A stretch of DNA of 64,000 nt from Sedimentisphaerales bacterium (GTDB lineage: Bacteria > Planctomycetota > Phycisphaerae > Sedimentisphaerales > SM23-30). The notes under the pieces are model-generated. The model searched no databases, had not been told where the DNA came from, and saw nothing but the letters and a program-made list of their open reading frames with translations. The stretch lies in NCBI GenBank assembly GCA_963666285.1, contig OY762711.1. One strand, 5' to 3'. Each line of letters starts with the position of its first letter. Position 1 is the stretch's first letter. The translations under genes were made by a program, and so were the position numbers. Shown piece after piece: positions 11,801 to 21,833 of this stretch.

Positions 11801-12234
11801 AGTTCATCCCAACTGCCTGTGTTTGTAATTGTAATAAAACTGCTATAGTATCCGCCTCCGGTAGCAGACATTGTTGCATAGTTGCCGTCAATAGCATATA
11901 AATTGCTGTAATCCTGCAAATTGCCGGTAGCTAATTGGCCAAAGTTTGTGATAGTTGTATTTTTATATTTAAAACCGTCAACAACTTGTGCTTTTTGCTT
12001 TGTTGTTATTACGTAATAATTATATTGACCATAAAATGTCTTGGTGCTTCCATCTGACGATTCGCCCAGATATGTATAGTCGTAACTGTTTATATTATAA
12101 TGGTAATTGTGGCTTTCTGAGTATTCGCCGTAGTTTGTATTGCCGGCCCAAACTTCATATTTCATCTGGGCATTTGCCGTTGAAAAAGCAATTGTGAGCA
12201 ATAAAAAAATAGATAGTGTTTTTATCCGTAACAT
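8893..12234 (-). CDS. Large secreted/surface protein with repeated CARDB/Ig-like domains
   Basis: Signal peptide; three ~125-aa repeats (…N.GN…l.pGKaK…a.l.vP…..G.Y); CARDB end motif VDASGDINETDETNN; acidic and Ser/Thr-rich. Confidence 0.75.
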   Translation of the reverse strand: MLRIKTLSIFLLLTIAFSTANAQMKYEVWAGNTNYGEYSESHNYHYNINSYDYTYLGESSDGSTKTFYGQYNYYVITTKQKAQVVDGFKYKNTTITNFGQLATGNLQDYSNLYAIDGNYATMSATGGGYYSSFITITNTGSWDELTVVTYSEDDTTNDTADPYTDVELTETIELDGEYWFYEMNYYRNYLYYDSLFGESIIDNGYIDLNVFNNTSESKQLEIETAGKDSDGWIYIKSYDENTSKYIGNSNLIQSVSLINDSSDITSTTLQVRKSENPTEDDLIGEYKAYGYWIWYEGYSYFESEASIGTLNVKSGKLNASFEYTEIDSGSEKESETNIPWSLDSSTPAILIDTEEDDVTLYICDGGILFDPSNDEDEAGFHLFVKNGKNKKISDMEGTWLVQEYATDEYSTGSAYTSRGMLTVDSKGNYLIESTFCDGYSTEDYQDTGKFSISSNGNFNSKSNSNSDKTEGTLNVDSNIFVYSIFDRDDIIGIGIGVKVEDDNTTDPGVDDENLAISLELGSCKYPTSAFTNTSTAIQLGLKVGNSSSETFPDDAEVEVLVYADNGQQDSEPVLLDTIIMNVGKLKPGKAKSLKANLETPADLAAGEYIFSATCNDTAVTTESNGTMTIADGFTGFDIAIASVKVPDAVIAGTSVKGTVQAEITNVGNMTTDKELTSEVKVIAREINSEAEYTVGQVDLSSGNMKPGKSKKANIKIDVPANTTEGTYELIVVASTPVVGDAASSTVEQSTGKQLAISEPFIDLTASIAQIKAATVILPGASAKMKVPVEINNIGNTPTNKTQEIDVELYLRPTEGGDDIFAGRIENFNIGNLVSGKAKKLNANLDVPSTISGGNYEIVVIVDASGDINETDETNNETIYEQSLSFAGSFMEIAGLNGSNGLEYAGYCKGYLYGYDFNNTNYNIYVDTNDGYVNETLVTDQQDEYEEAIQYYDWEEGTSGTYLKGFGQEIEMGTIDIDFDDLLVFDGTGKGSTSSLTGTVELYLGYGYGDYSIDLYGTASAKGSIAGVKSIEFNGEKQDAIMVTFDMTIDSSGYFEGYTMNLDVSQKVIYYIIPDIGIVKSITKTTAKAGIPGYGSESGTATETRELVYWSTDE

Positions 12235-12443
12235 TTTGACCTCTCATTTTAAAATTCTGTGTTAAATTCTGTAGAAACATCTACACCCGTAAATGAGGCA
12301 TTATAACGGAAAATTATTAAAATTGTGATAAGAATAACAAAAAAATAGAAATGATTTGCAGATAAATTTCTCATCGACGATAGAAGATTTTGTCTATTTT
12401 ACCTATTTTGAAGGCTGCCTCTGAGTGAGCAGCTGGCTGATGC

Positions 12444-13082
12444 TTATAGTTTTGATATCTTAGGGTCTATTCGGAAGGATACTATAGTTGATATGCCGCA
12501 CATTTCCTTGAGTAGGTCTGATTTTTTCTGTGCTGCATAAAATTCTGCTACATAAGTAACTTTGGTTACACAGCTGATCAGAAGTTTATTCGGCTCAGTC
12601 ATCTCTGCTGTTAAATCCTGAACATTATTTACATGACCGTTATCCAGTCCGTCAGCAATTCGCAGGATGCCGGAAAGCATATTTACAGTCTCTCGGTCTT
12701 TGCGGTTGAGCTTACCGTATATTTCATGGCTTTTGTCTGGCATATTCTTTCGATGGTAGCGAGCGGTGGCTGCTATCATTTTTTTTGTACGGCTGTCAAG
12801 TCCCGGCAGCTTGGCCGACATTATCATCTTCATTGAGTTTTTATGATGACTTTTTTGGCCAAAAAACCAGCCTAAATCATGTAACAGGGCAGCATTTGCC
12901 AGGACGAAGCTGTGAAGTGGATCAAATTCTATCGTTTTGGACATACCATCAAATATTAATAGTGCTAATTTACGCACCTGCAGAGGATGTCCCTGTTCAG
13001 GAGAGGTTGTAGCAAAGAAATCATCAATGCTTTTCTGAGCTTGTTCCAGTTCAGATGAAATTGTTTCAGTATAAACTTCCAT
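12444..13082 (-). CDS. Stand-alone HD-domain protein resembling the C-terminal half of Ppx/GppA phosphatases
   Basis: H..QV..LAL.IFD, AALLHDLG, HHKNS, ARYHRK and ILRIADGLD; no ASKHA N-terminal domain. Confidence 0.8.
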   Translation of the reverse strand: MEVYTETISSELEQAQKSIDDFFATTSPEQGHPLQVRKLALLIFDGMSKTIEFDPLHSFVLANAALLHDLGWFFGQKSHHKNSMKMIMSAKLPGLDSRTKKMIAATARYHRKNMPDKSHEIYGKLNRKDRETVNMLSGILRIADGLDNGHVNNVQDLTAEMTEPNKLLISCVTKVTYVAEFYAAQKKSDLLKEMCGISTIVSFRIDPKISKL

Positions 13083-13286
13083 AATATATTGGGATATATT
13101 CTAATAATCACTTATACAACTCCACCGCCGGTATAGTAATTATATCCGCCATTATATAGATTATGCAATTATTTTTTTGCTGGAAAGTGTATACTGATAA
13201 AATATCGGAATACTAATGAATTGACTATTGATAAATTGCCGGAGGTTTTTAAGCTTAATAAACTTCTATTGCAGTTGAACTTACAA

Positions 13287-14708
13287 TTATTTGCACACCA
13301 GTCCTGACAACTCACGCACGATTTCGTCCAGGTCTGCTGCCTGGCTGGTCAGGCTTTGCGATTCTTCTACCCCGTCTCTGGCGTCATGAGCATTCTGCTG
13401 GGTGATCTGGTCGATTTGCGTTACTGCATGGTTGATGTTTTTCAGGCTGCTGCTCTGTTCTACCGCGTCAGATGCTATATGGTCGACTGTTTCTGATGTT
13501 TTTTCTATACTGCTTACGATTTCGTCTAATTTATTGTTTACGTTTACAGCTATTTCAGCCCCGATCTGACTGTTCTTTACTGCCCGATCAATCATACCGG
13601 ATGTGCTCTTTGCCGCTTCGGCACTTCTGATTGCCAGGTTGCGGACTTCTTCTGCGACAACTGCAAATCCTTTACCTGCCTCGCCGGCTCTGGCCGCTTC
13701 AACGGCGGCGTTTAGTGCCAGAAGATTTGTCTGAAATGCTATCTCGTCAATTATTTTTATTACCTTTACTGTATCTTCTGTTGATGCCTGGATTTCAGCT
13801 ACTGCATTTGTCAGCCGCGATGTTTCCTGGCTGCCTTCATTTGCCAGTTGCCTGGCTTTGTATGACATTTCTTTGGCTTCATTGGCATTTGCTGAATTTT
13901 TACTGGTTACTGAAGATACCTCCTGCAGGCTTGCCGCTGTTTCCTGTAGACTCGCGGCCTGGTGACTTGCCGATTCTGATAATGATTGTGAATTGTTCGA
14001 GATAGAGTTTGAAACGTGGTTGACAATATTGCTTGTATTCTCGACTTTGTTAATTAGATTTTGTATTGGTGTTACTATATGCTTTTTCAGCATAAAGAAA
14101 ATAATTGTACATAGGATAAACAATCCGCATGAGGCTGCGGCAATAGTTATTTTCGCTACCTCGGATTTACATCTTTTCCTGCTCGCTTCTGAATCTTTTA
14201 CCAGGCTCGCTATTCTTGATGAAAGTGCTGCCATTTTATCTTTGATGAATTGATCGTTTCGGTCTATTTCTACCCAGCCGATTTTCTCACCTTCGCTGCT
14301 GATGTCAAAAACAATGGTGTTCTGGCAGTTACCTTTGTGAGGAGTTAATTCGGCACCGTCTTTATCGAAAAAAGTTACATGATTTATATCATCATCCTGT
14401 GAAGCGTTTTGTGCTATTACTTCAAGTGCGTCATAGTCGAATGATTCGATAAGGCTTACGGCATTTAATGCCATTAGTGAAGCTATTGATTTACATTTTT
14501 TGTCGAAACTGTTCATTAGCATCTGTTCTTCATTTTTGTGCTCGGCATTGAATGCTTCGATAAATGCCTCAGACTGCTTCTGCTGCGACTTTGACGTAAA
14601 TGTGATTATTATGGCGGATAATGATGAAATTAAAACTATATTTACACTGCAAATTATAAACATAGTCTTAAACATTATACCTTTGCGTTTTAGTATACAG
14701 ATACTCAT
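13287..14708 (-). CDS. Methyl-accepting chemotaxis protein (probable start at 14675)
   Basis: [37 protein letters not shown] signature; two TM segments. Confidence 0.95.
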   Translation of the reverse strand: MSICILKRKGIMFKTMFIICSVNIVLISSLSAIIITFTSKSQQKQSEAFIEAFNAEHKNEEQMLMNSFDKKCKSIASLMALNAVSLIESFDYDALEVIAQNASQDDDINHVTFFDKDGAELTPHKGNCQNTIVFDISSEGEKIGWVEIDRNDQFIKDKMAALSSRIASLVKDSEASRKRCKSEVAKITIAAASCGLFILCTIIFFMLKKHIVTPIQNLINKVENTSNIVNHVSNSISNNSQSLSESASHQAASLQETAASLQEVSSVTSKNSANANEAKEMSYKARQLANEGSQETSRLTNAVAEIQASTEDTVKVIKIIDEIAFQTNLLALNAAVEAARAGEAGKGFAVVAEEVRNLAIRSAEAAKSTSGMIDRAVKNSQIGAEIAVNVNNKLDEIVSSIEKTSETVDHIASDAVEQSSSLKNINHAVTQIDQITQQNAHDARDGVEESQSLTSQAADLDEIVRELSGLVCK

Positions 14709-14734
14709 ATTCTATTCTCAACTTATCCTGGTTC

Positions 14735-15592
14735 TTACTTGTTGTTTATTACTTCCTGTTTAATTGAAACCATGACTTCATCTATTTTTTTCTTTCCTTC
14801 AGTTGTCGCCATATATTCCAGTAGTGCCCTTGCCCCTTTATCTTTGGTTTTGTCCAGGACAATATAATAGGTTACTGCAAGGGGATACTTATTTGATATG
14901 ATATTACTTATGTTGGATTCTATACCATCTATTTTTGCCAGCTTGCCGTATTCTTCTTTATATGAATTCATACCCATAAATACAACCGCGCCTTCGGTAG
15001 ATTTACAGAAATTCCCAAGATTACTTGGGGCTTTGAGCTTTGTTGCACTTTCGTCAAGCTTATCATTAATACCTATAGCTGTTTCTTTGAATACTGTTAC
15101 TACACCGCTTTCAACTGAGTCGTCCAGGTATCCGGTTTTTACTGGCAGATCATTGCCGCTGACTTCTTTCCAGTTTTTCACCTTTCCGGTGAATATATCA
15201 CATAGTTGTTGTTTTGTTAGATTGTCCACTCCGCATGATGGATTTACTACAACAACTATCGGGTCACGGGCGATTGAGATTGTTTCCCAGTTTGCCGTTT
15301 GGGATGGATCCAGCTTGAATTTCTTGCCCAGTTTCCAGTGGCTCTTACAGGTAAAGGCAAAGTCTATCTTTCCTTCTACCATAAGTTCTATCGCTTTTTT
15401 ATTCCCGGTTTTGGCCGGTTTATAATTCATCTCGGATTTCTTCTGAAATTCTTTCAGTACATGCTCAATCAGGTAATATTCTGTTTTGCATCCTGCGCAC
15501 ATGCAGGTTTCTTTAGCCTTTGCTGCTGACCCTGAAAATAGTGGAATGATAAATAACGTTATTGCTGTGGTAATAATAAGTCTTCTAAACAT
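14735..15592 (-). CDS. PstS-like periplasmic substrate-binding protein (PBP type 2)
   Basis: Signal peptide; IARDPIVVVVNP..VDNLT..QL.DIFTGKVKNWKEV.G and KYPL motifs. Confidence 0.85.
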   Translation of the reverse strand: MFRRLIITTAITLFIIPLFSGSAAKAKETCMCAGCKTEYYLIEHVLKEFQKKSEMNYKPAKTGNKKAIELMVEGKIDFAFTCKSHWKLGKKFKLDPSQTANWETISIARDPIVVVVNPSCGVDNLTKQQLCDIFTGKVKNWKEVSGNDLPVKTGYLDDSVESGVVTVFKETAIGINDKLDESATKLKAPSNLGNFCKSTEGAVVFMGMNSYKEEYGKLAKIDGIESNISNIISNKYPLAVTYYIVLDKTKDKGARALLEYMATTEGKKKIDEVMVSIKQEVINNK

Positions 15593-16033
15593 GGTTTATC
15601 CCCTGATATTATTCTGCATCAATTTAATAAACATACCAACGTTGTATATCTATCGAAATTATGCTTTTTGACATTTACTTGAAAGGGGAAAATTAGTAGA
15701 AGTGTTGTAAAATGAAAGGTGCTTTGGTACTGCCGGCCTTTGCTTCTTAATGCAATTGATAGGTATTATCCGGCTATGACGAAGTGATACCTGGTTTTTT
15801 ATCAGACTTTGATATATGTAAATACAGTAAAATGTAAAGTATTTTATGTATTATGCGTGGAATAATATTATTTTTGGATAAATATTATCGGCCGCAATTT
15901 GCACCAGGAATCAGAAAAATGATTTCTGATTCCATATAATATTATTATTCACAACTTAAAGTGACTGATTTTACAGTTTGTTACAGCAAAATTGGTTGCC
16001 GTTCTGCGGCATTTCCTGCCTGATACCAGGTTA

Positions 16034-16828
16034 CTATTTCAGATTCATCAGGAAGTTTGCGGGGTAATTGGTCGTTATACCGTCAACTCCAATTTCATTC
16101 ATTAGCTGACCATCTTCCAGGTGGTCTACTGTCCAGACATATATTTTCAGCCCGGCAGCATGAACTTTATCGACATATTCTTTGCTTAGAGATTTGAAAT
16201 GCAGGTCCAGCCCGTTTATATTATTTTCCAAAACATCTTTTATCAGGGATTCGCTATACGGCAGATATTCGCCGCTTTCTTTATCTTTTGGTGAACCTAC
16301 CAGCCAGTATGCCGGTATATTCGGCATCTGTTTTTTGCACTCTTTTAGAACGTCAATATTAAATGATATTATTTCAAGTCCGGGTTTACCGCTTTCTTCA
16401 ATTATTTCTTTCAGGTACGGTACAATTCCAACTTTACATTTTATTTCGATAAACAATTTTTTCCCTTTTGGAACGCTTGCAATTATATCTTTCAGCAGGG
16501 GGATATTCTCGTTTTTGAAATACTGCGACTTAAAAGAGCCTACGTCAAGTTTTTTGATTTGATCATAGGTTGAATCAGCTATTACAAATTTTTCACCACT
16601 GGTTCTTTGGGTATTGTCATCATGGATTACCACAATTTGATTGTCTGCTGTAAGGTGAATATCTATTTCTGTTCCATCTGCTTTTACATCCCAGCAGCTG
16701 GTGACTGATGCCATTGTATTTTCTGGGGCATAACTTGAATTTCCTCTATGGCCGATTATAGCCGGATTGTTTTGGCAGCCGTTCATCATAAACACTGTAA
16801 TAATCAATATTATGTAATATTTCTTCAC
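16034..16828 (-). CDS. Glycerophosphodiester phosphodiesterase (lipoprotein)
   Basis: IGHRG…APENT, EIDIHLT.D…VIHD, FIEIK, VWTVD and GVDGITTNYP motifs. Confidence 0.92.
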   Translation of the reverse strand: MKKYYIILIITVFMMNGCQNNPAIIGHRGNSSYAPENTMASVTSCWDVKADGTEIDIHLTADNQIVVIHDDNTQRTSGEKFVIADSTYDQIKKLDVGSFKSQYFKNENIPLLKDIIASVPKGKKLFIEIKCKVGIVPYLKEIIEESGKPGLEIISFNIDVLKECKKQMPNIPAYWLVGSPKDKESGEYLPYSESLIKDVLENNINGLDLHFKSLSKEYVDKVHAAGLKIYVWTVDHLEDGQLMNEIGVDGITTNYPANFLMNLK

Positions 16829-16905
16829 TATTACGCCAATACCTTTCTATAAATAAGAATTTAATTCTGTAAATTCCAAATTTGATCACGTTTCTTTTAT
16901 CTCTA

Positions 16906-16942
16906 AAAAAAAAGGCAGTCCTTTGGTCTCAAAAGACTGCCT
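16906..16942 (-). terminator. Intrinsic terminator downstream of flgM
   Basis: A-run followed by AGGCAGTCCTTTG…CAAAAGACTGCCT stem. Confidence 0.75.
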
Positions 16943-16976
16943 GTAACCCATCGATTTATCATCCGTGATTTAGTTA

Positions 16977-17267
16977 CTATCCTATTTCTTCATCGATAAA
17001 TTTATCCAATGCCATGGATAATTTTCCATTGATATCGTATGTACCTTCGGCAAGCTGTTGTCTTATCTGATCAACTTTTTCCTGCCGAATGTCTGGCATA
17101 TCAGCTATCTGGCTCAAAAATCTTGCCTTATCAGATATTTCTACCTGATCTTCACCATTATTATAGCTGTAATTATTGTTTTTTCCGTTGGCGGTAGGGG
17201 TAGTTTCCGCCTTTCCCAGTGTTGGGATTGAGCTGTATGCTCCGCTGATTCTACTGATGTTGTTCAT
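16977..17267 (-). CDS. flgM: Anti-sigma-28 factor FlgM
   Basis: DQVEIS..A…IRQEKVDQIRQQLAEGTYDI…A C-terminal FlgM signature; 96 aa. Confidence 0.88.
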   Translation of the reverse strand: MNNISRISGAYSSIPTLGKAETTPTANGKNNNYSYNNGEDQVEISDKARFLSQIADMPDIRQEKVDQIRQQLAEGTYDINGKLSMALDKFIDEEIG

Positions 17268-17575
17268 GACTTACTCCGTAATGTCTAATAGGCAAACAAC
17301 TTAACTAAACGGCCGACTCCTCAGCCACAATATATTGTCATGGCTGGCTTCTGCATACCATCATGACATAATAGTTATCGTCGCATCCTGTATAAATACT
17401 TGAGAAATATTTTCAAATTATAATACTATTTCAAAATAGTTTTCAACACCAATAATAGGGTTTTTATCGTTTTTTCGGACCTTTTTTAACATTTATCGGA
17501 CTAGAGTAAATTACCTATATTGCCAAAGTTGTTCATATTAATACGCGGACTTAGGCCTACGTCCAATAACTCGAA

Positions 17576-17591
17576 ACACAACATATTGTGT
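17576..17591. promoter_or_regulatory. NrdR-box-like palindrome (a second, weaker copy lies at 17325-17340)
   Basis: ACACAACATATTGTGT matches the NrdR consensus acaCwAtATaTwGtgt; CCACAATATATTGTCA at 17325. Confidence 0.55.
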
Positions 17592-17601
17592 TTTAACAAC
17601 T

Positions 17602-17633
17602 TGTGTAAAACCTGTGTATAACGCCTTGATAAC
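17602..17633. promoter_or_regulatory. DnaA-box cluster (candidate)
   Basis: TGTGTATAA (17613-17621, equals TTATNCACA), TGTGTAAAA (17602-17610, 1 mismatch) and a weaker CCTTGATAA, in tandem at 11-bp spacing. Confidence 0.45.
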
Positions 17634-17717
17634 CTGTTAGTTTTTCGATAAAAATCAAAAAAAAACGGCTTGAAACAATTAAAAAATGCTTCAAACCGTA
17701 ATTTTTTTCAATTTAGA

Positions 17718-17876
17718 CTATGCTTCTTCGAATTCTTCTTTTCCAGCTCCGCATTCCGGGCATACCCAGTCATCAGGCAGATCTTCAAAGCTGGTGCCTG
17801 GTGCTATATCTGCATCTGGATCGCCTTCTGCAGGGTCATAAATATAACCGCATAATACACATCTGTACTTTTTCAT
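17718..17876 (-). CDS. Rubredoxin (52 aa)
   Basis: Not in the ORF track. Hand translation [52 protein letters not shown], with two CxxCG motifs; AAGGA SD upstream; terminator-like stem at about 17658-17700. Confidence 0.95.
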   Translation of the reverse strand: MKKYRCVLCGYIYDPAEGDPDADIAPGTSFEDLPDDWVCPECGAGKEEFEEA

Positions 17877-18253
17877 AATTTTGTCCTTATTTAAAATAAT
17901 AACTTAATTAATTCCACAGGCAACATTACCTTCGATACTTTGAGTTATTATAATCAGAATCATTGAGAATTATCAAATAAGAATCCGTTTTTTGGTAAAA
18001 AAAATGGTAAAATAGTAGAGTTGCGGATATTTGTTAACTATTCTACATCTATATCGTTTTTCTTAATTCGACTGTTACTATGGGTTGTTTATGGTATAAA
18101 TATCACTGCCGCTGTTGTCGTTAAACAAAATAATCTTGCTATGTAACGCTTATCAAATAAAATTTTATTATGAGAGCTTTCTCATACATATAACCCGAAG
18201 CATAAACCGTACTAACATATTTGTAATTTGATGATTACTGGAGCAATTATTTA

Positions 18254-19534
18254 ATGAATAAACTGGCAAAATACATTATTGCTGGAATTTTGCTGGGCTT
18301 GGTGGTAGGTCTTGTATTATCCAAATCTGTTGATGAGGCAGGAAACCTCTCTGGCGGTGCTTCTTTTATACTTGGCTGTATCAAACCTCTCGGGGAGCTG
18401 TTTATCCGATTGCTGAAAATGATTATTGTTCCTCTGATTGTTGCTTCTATTATCATGGGAGTAAATAGTGTCGGCAGTATGGGCCGGCTTGGCAAAATCG
18501 GCTCGATTACCATTGGATACTATATTACTACAACTGTAATTGCTATTTTGCTGGGATTGGTGTGTGTTAATGTTATTAAGCCGGGAGAAGGGGTAAAAAT
18601 CGACGATCCTGTAGTTTCTCAGCAGCTCGAAGTCGGTAGTAAAACAATTGAAGAGAAAAATTTTCAAAATTACAGTGCGCCAACACTGACGACTCTGATG
18701 AAAGATCTTATACCCGCTAATATTGTCAAGGCAATGGCAGAGGGGCAAATGCTTTCAGTTATTTTCTTTGCTATTGTTTTTGGCATCGTTATGGTCTCTG
18801 TCGGTGATAAAGCAAGACCGTTACTGGATTTTTTCAGGGCTCTTGATAAAGTGATGATGACTTTAACTAACTGGATTATGTATATTGCTCCAGTTGGTGC
18901 TTTTGCGCTTATGACAACAACGGTTGCCTCGGCTGGTAGCTCTGTTTTAGGCAGCCTGGCAAAATATATGGCGACCGTACTCTCTGGGCTTACCATCCAT
19001 AGCATTGTTGTCCTGCCGCTTATGCTGATGATTTTTGCCCGGATTTCTCCCTTGAAGCTGTTGGCCGCGGTTAGTCCTGCTCTGGCAACGGCTTTTTCTA
19101 CTGCCAGCAGTGCTGCTACTTTGCCTCTGACTATGAACTGCCTGGAGAATCGGGCTAAAATTTCTGAGAGTACCGTTAGTTTTGTTATGCCGCTTGGTGC
19201 GACAATAAATATGGATGGCACTGCTTTATACGAGGCAGTGGCCGCTATGTTTATCGCTCAGGCTTATGGTGTTGACCTTACTATTGCCGAGCAGGGGCTG
19301 ATAGTATTAACCGCTACCCTTGCTTCTATTGGTGCTGCCGCTATTCCCAGTGCCGGGTTGTTTACTTTGGTTATTGTGCTGGATGCAGTAAAATTACCTT
19401 CGGAAGGTATTGGACTGATCCTTGCTGTTGATCGTATCCTGGATATGTGCCGGACTACCGTTAATGTATGGGGTGATTCCTGCGGCAGTGCCGTTGTTGA
19501 ACGGCTGAAAAGTATTGGTATTACTGGTAAATAA
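18254..19534 (+). CDS. Dicarboxylate/amino acid:cation symporter (GltP/SDF family)
   Basis: FIRLLKMIIVPL, AFSTASSAATLP, PLGATINMDGTALY and AVDRILDMCRTTVNVWGD motifs. Confidence 0.95.
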   Translation: MNKLAKYIIAGILLGLVVGLVLSKSVDEAGNLSGGASFILGCIKPLGELFIRLLKMIIVPLIVASIIMGVNSVGSMGRLGKIGSITIGYYITTTVIAILLGLVCVNVIKPGEGVKIDDPVVSQQLEVGSKTIEEKNFQNYSAPTLTTLMKDLIPANIVKAMAEGQMLSVIFFAIVFGIVMVSVGDKARPLLDFFRALDKVMMTLTNWIMYIAPVGAFALMTTTVASAGSSVLGSLAKYMATVLSGLTIHSIVVLPLMLMIFARISPLKLLAAVSPALATAFSTASSAATLPLTMNCLENRAKISESTVSFVMPLGATINMDGTALYEAVAAMFIAQAYGVDLTIAEQGLIVLTATLASIGAAAIPSAGLFTLVIVLDAVKLPSEGIGLILAVDRILDMCRTTVNVWGDSCGSAVVERLKSIGITGK

Positions 19535-19535
19535 T

Positions 19536-21602
19536 ATGAAACACAATCGATTAGTTGGTTTGCTTCTGATAGCTGTCAGTGCTATCTCTCTTTGGCAATG
19601 CAGTGACGAAAAGGCTTTTAGCCTGGTTGTCATTGTATTAGCTTTTATTGGCGCCTTTTCTAATATAAATATCAGGATGCGTTCATCCAGGAAAGTTATT
19701 TCGCTTTTGGTAATGGCATTGTTGTTTGCTGTTTATTATCGAACTTCACATCCGGGTGGAAGCTTTTTTACCCGCGCCGCAGTACAGACTCAATGGCTCA
19801 CTTTGTCAAAATATTTTATAATGGTCAGTGTGTTTTATCTCTTTGTCAACAGAAAAGGTAAACTACCGCCCGCTATTATTCTGTTTCTATCCATTTCCGT
19901 ACTTATTTCACCCCAGATTGTCAGTGGCGAGATGTCATCTCTTGCGATTATATACACCTTTTGCTTTGTTATCGCTGCCGTGTTGTTTTGTTCGTCAAGC
20001 CAGAATTATCTTATCGCTTTCTATAGCGGTTTCAGAGCGAAGGTGTTGATCTTCGCTGCTATTTTGGTTTTTTCAACTTCTGTTGGATGGGTTGGCGGAA
20101 ATCTTCTTAATATATATGGTGAAGGATTTATTGATTATCTCATGCAGTATCATCCTGCTCCGCATTTGTTCTCCAGGGGAATGTCGAGCGGTTCGCGTGA
20201 AAAAATTGAATTTGGCGATTTCTCCAGGCTTGACAGTGTCATGAGAATGAAAGCGGCCAGGTCTAAAAAGATTATTCTGAGAGTTTTCTCCGATGAATCG
20301 CCGGATTATTTAAGAAGTATGCCCTATCCTGAGTGGGATGGTAATAGCTGGACATACGATCAGGACGTGATTACTACCGGTTACCCGATTCAGGGGGCTT
20401 CCGGTGTAAACTGGGGAATTGACCGGCGGGAGCAGGATAATATTTTTGAGATTGAACCTTATCTTGATAAAGATTCTGGGTTTTATCTGGGGGCGTATAA
20501 AGTCTTTGATGTCTGGCCCTCACCTGATTTTGAAGGTGCTTTTTTTATTCCTCATGATATTCACTTTGTTCGTATGCCTTCTGAATCAATATTATATAAT
20601 AATGATAAATTACTCGAATATGCCGGTGACTATATACCCGGTTCCAATTATCAGGTTGCGGTCCCGCTTACTCCCTTGACTCTTTCTGTGCCTGCTGAAA
20701 ACATGGATGGATACCTTCAACTGCCTGATCGGGGAGTTCACCCTCGTGTAAAAAATCTGGCACTTTCTATTACAGAAGGGTGTGTTACTCCGGCTTCAAA
20801 AATCAATGCCGTGAAAAAGTATTTTCATGATAATTATAAGTATAGCCTTTCTGTTTCTATTCCGCGTCACAGAGATCCTGTAAACTATTTCTTACTTGAG
20901 CGGCCGGATGCTTATTGTGAATATTTTGCCGCTGGTACTGCGGTATTACTTAGAATTGCCGGCGTACCATGCAGGTATGTGACCGGCGTTGTTGTTAACG
21001 AAAGAGATACTATTGCCGATTGCTGGGTTGCTCGCCAACGAGATGCCCATGCCTGGGTTGAAGCCTGGGACGCTGGCAAAAAACAATGGGTTATCGTTGA
21101 AAGTACGCCCGCTGCCGGTGTGCCGCAAGCTGATGATGAAGTATCTTTATTTTCAAGTTATGTTGATTACTTCAAATTTAAATTCCAGGAATTAAGATTG
21201 TCTCTCGGGCTTGGTGGCATAAGCGGGTTGCGTATGTGGGTTTCTGAGGCATTGTATCATCTGATTGTCTGGCTGTTTACTACTGTTCCGGGGATGCTTG
21301 TTTTACTGATTATTTTTCTGATTATGTCAAAGCGGGCAAAGGCAAGGATTGTTGAACTATGGCAGATTAGAAATATTGATCCGAAAATTAGAATGATGAA
21401 TAATCAGCTCTCAAAAATGGACCGCAAACTTACCAGGTTCGGCTTGAGACGTTTGCCTGATGAAACTGTAAGAGCATTCGCTAAACGTATCGGAGAATCC
21501 GATAATAATAAGATTCAAGCGAAAAAAGATCAGTTTGTCGAATGGTATCTCAAATATGAAAGTGCCAGGTACACTTTATTCCTGCCTGATAAGCAGCAAT
21601 AA
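19536..21602 (+). CDS. Membrane transglutaminase-like protein (TgpA/DUF3488-type)
   Basis: Multi-TM N-terminus; YCEYFAA….LLR..GVPCRYVTG and DAHAWVEAW catalytic motifs; ATG directly after the upstream stop codon. Confidence 0.88.
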   Translation: MKHNRLVGLLLIAVSAISLWQCSDEKAFSLVVIVLAFIGAFSNINIRMRSSRKVISLLVMALLFAVYYRTSHPGGSFFTRAAVQTQWLTLSKYFIMVSVFYLFVNRKGKLPPAIILFLSISVLISPQIVSGEMSSLAIIYTFCFVIAAVLFCSSSQNYLIAFYSGFRAKVLIFAAILVFSTSVGWVGGNLLNIYGEGFIDYLMQYHPAPHLFSRGMSSGSREKIEFGDFSRLDSVMRMKAARSKKIILRVFSDESPDYLRSMPYPEWDGNSWTYDQDVITTGYPIQGASGVNWGIDRREQDNIFEIEPYLDKDSGFYLGAYKVFDVWPSPDFEGAFFIPHDIHFVRMPSESILYNNDKLLEYAGDYIPGSNYQVAVPLTPLTLSVPAENMDGYLQLPDRGVHPRVKNLALSITEGCVTPASKINAVKKYFHDNYKYSLSVSIPRHRDPVNYFLLERPDAYCEYFAAGTAVLLRIAGVPCRYVTGVVVNERDTIADCWVARQRDAHAWVEAWDAGKKQWVIVESTPAAGVPQADDEVSLFSSYVDYFKFKFQELRLSLGLGGISGLRMWVSEALYHLIVWLFTTVPGMLVLLIIFLIMSKRAKARIVELWQIRNIDPKIRMMNNQLSKMDRKLTRFGLRRLPDETVRAFAKRIGESDNNKIQAKKDQFVEWYLKYESARYTLFLPDKQQ

Positions 21603-21833
21603 TTTTTGTTACAATTTCTTTTCCTTGATTTCACTACTTTTCAGCCTATTTGAAAAATCATTTTGATAATTGCTCCGTATATGCTAAGATTTATATATCA
21701 GATTGAGATATTTGATGCTGATTTTATCAAAAATAATTTCATCGTTTTGGTAAAATCTTTGTTTTTGCAATGTTAGCCTCTGCTGTGTACGTTACATTTG
21801 CATAATTGAAGAACCTATTGAGCTTGAAAAAAT

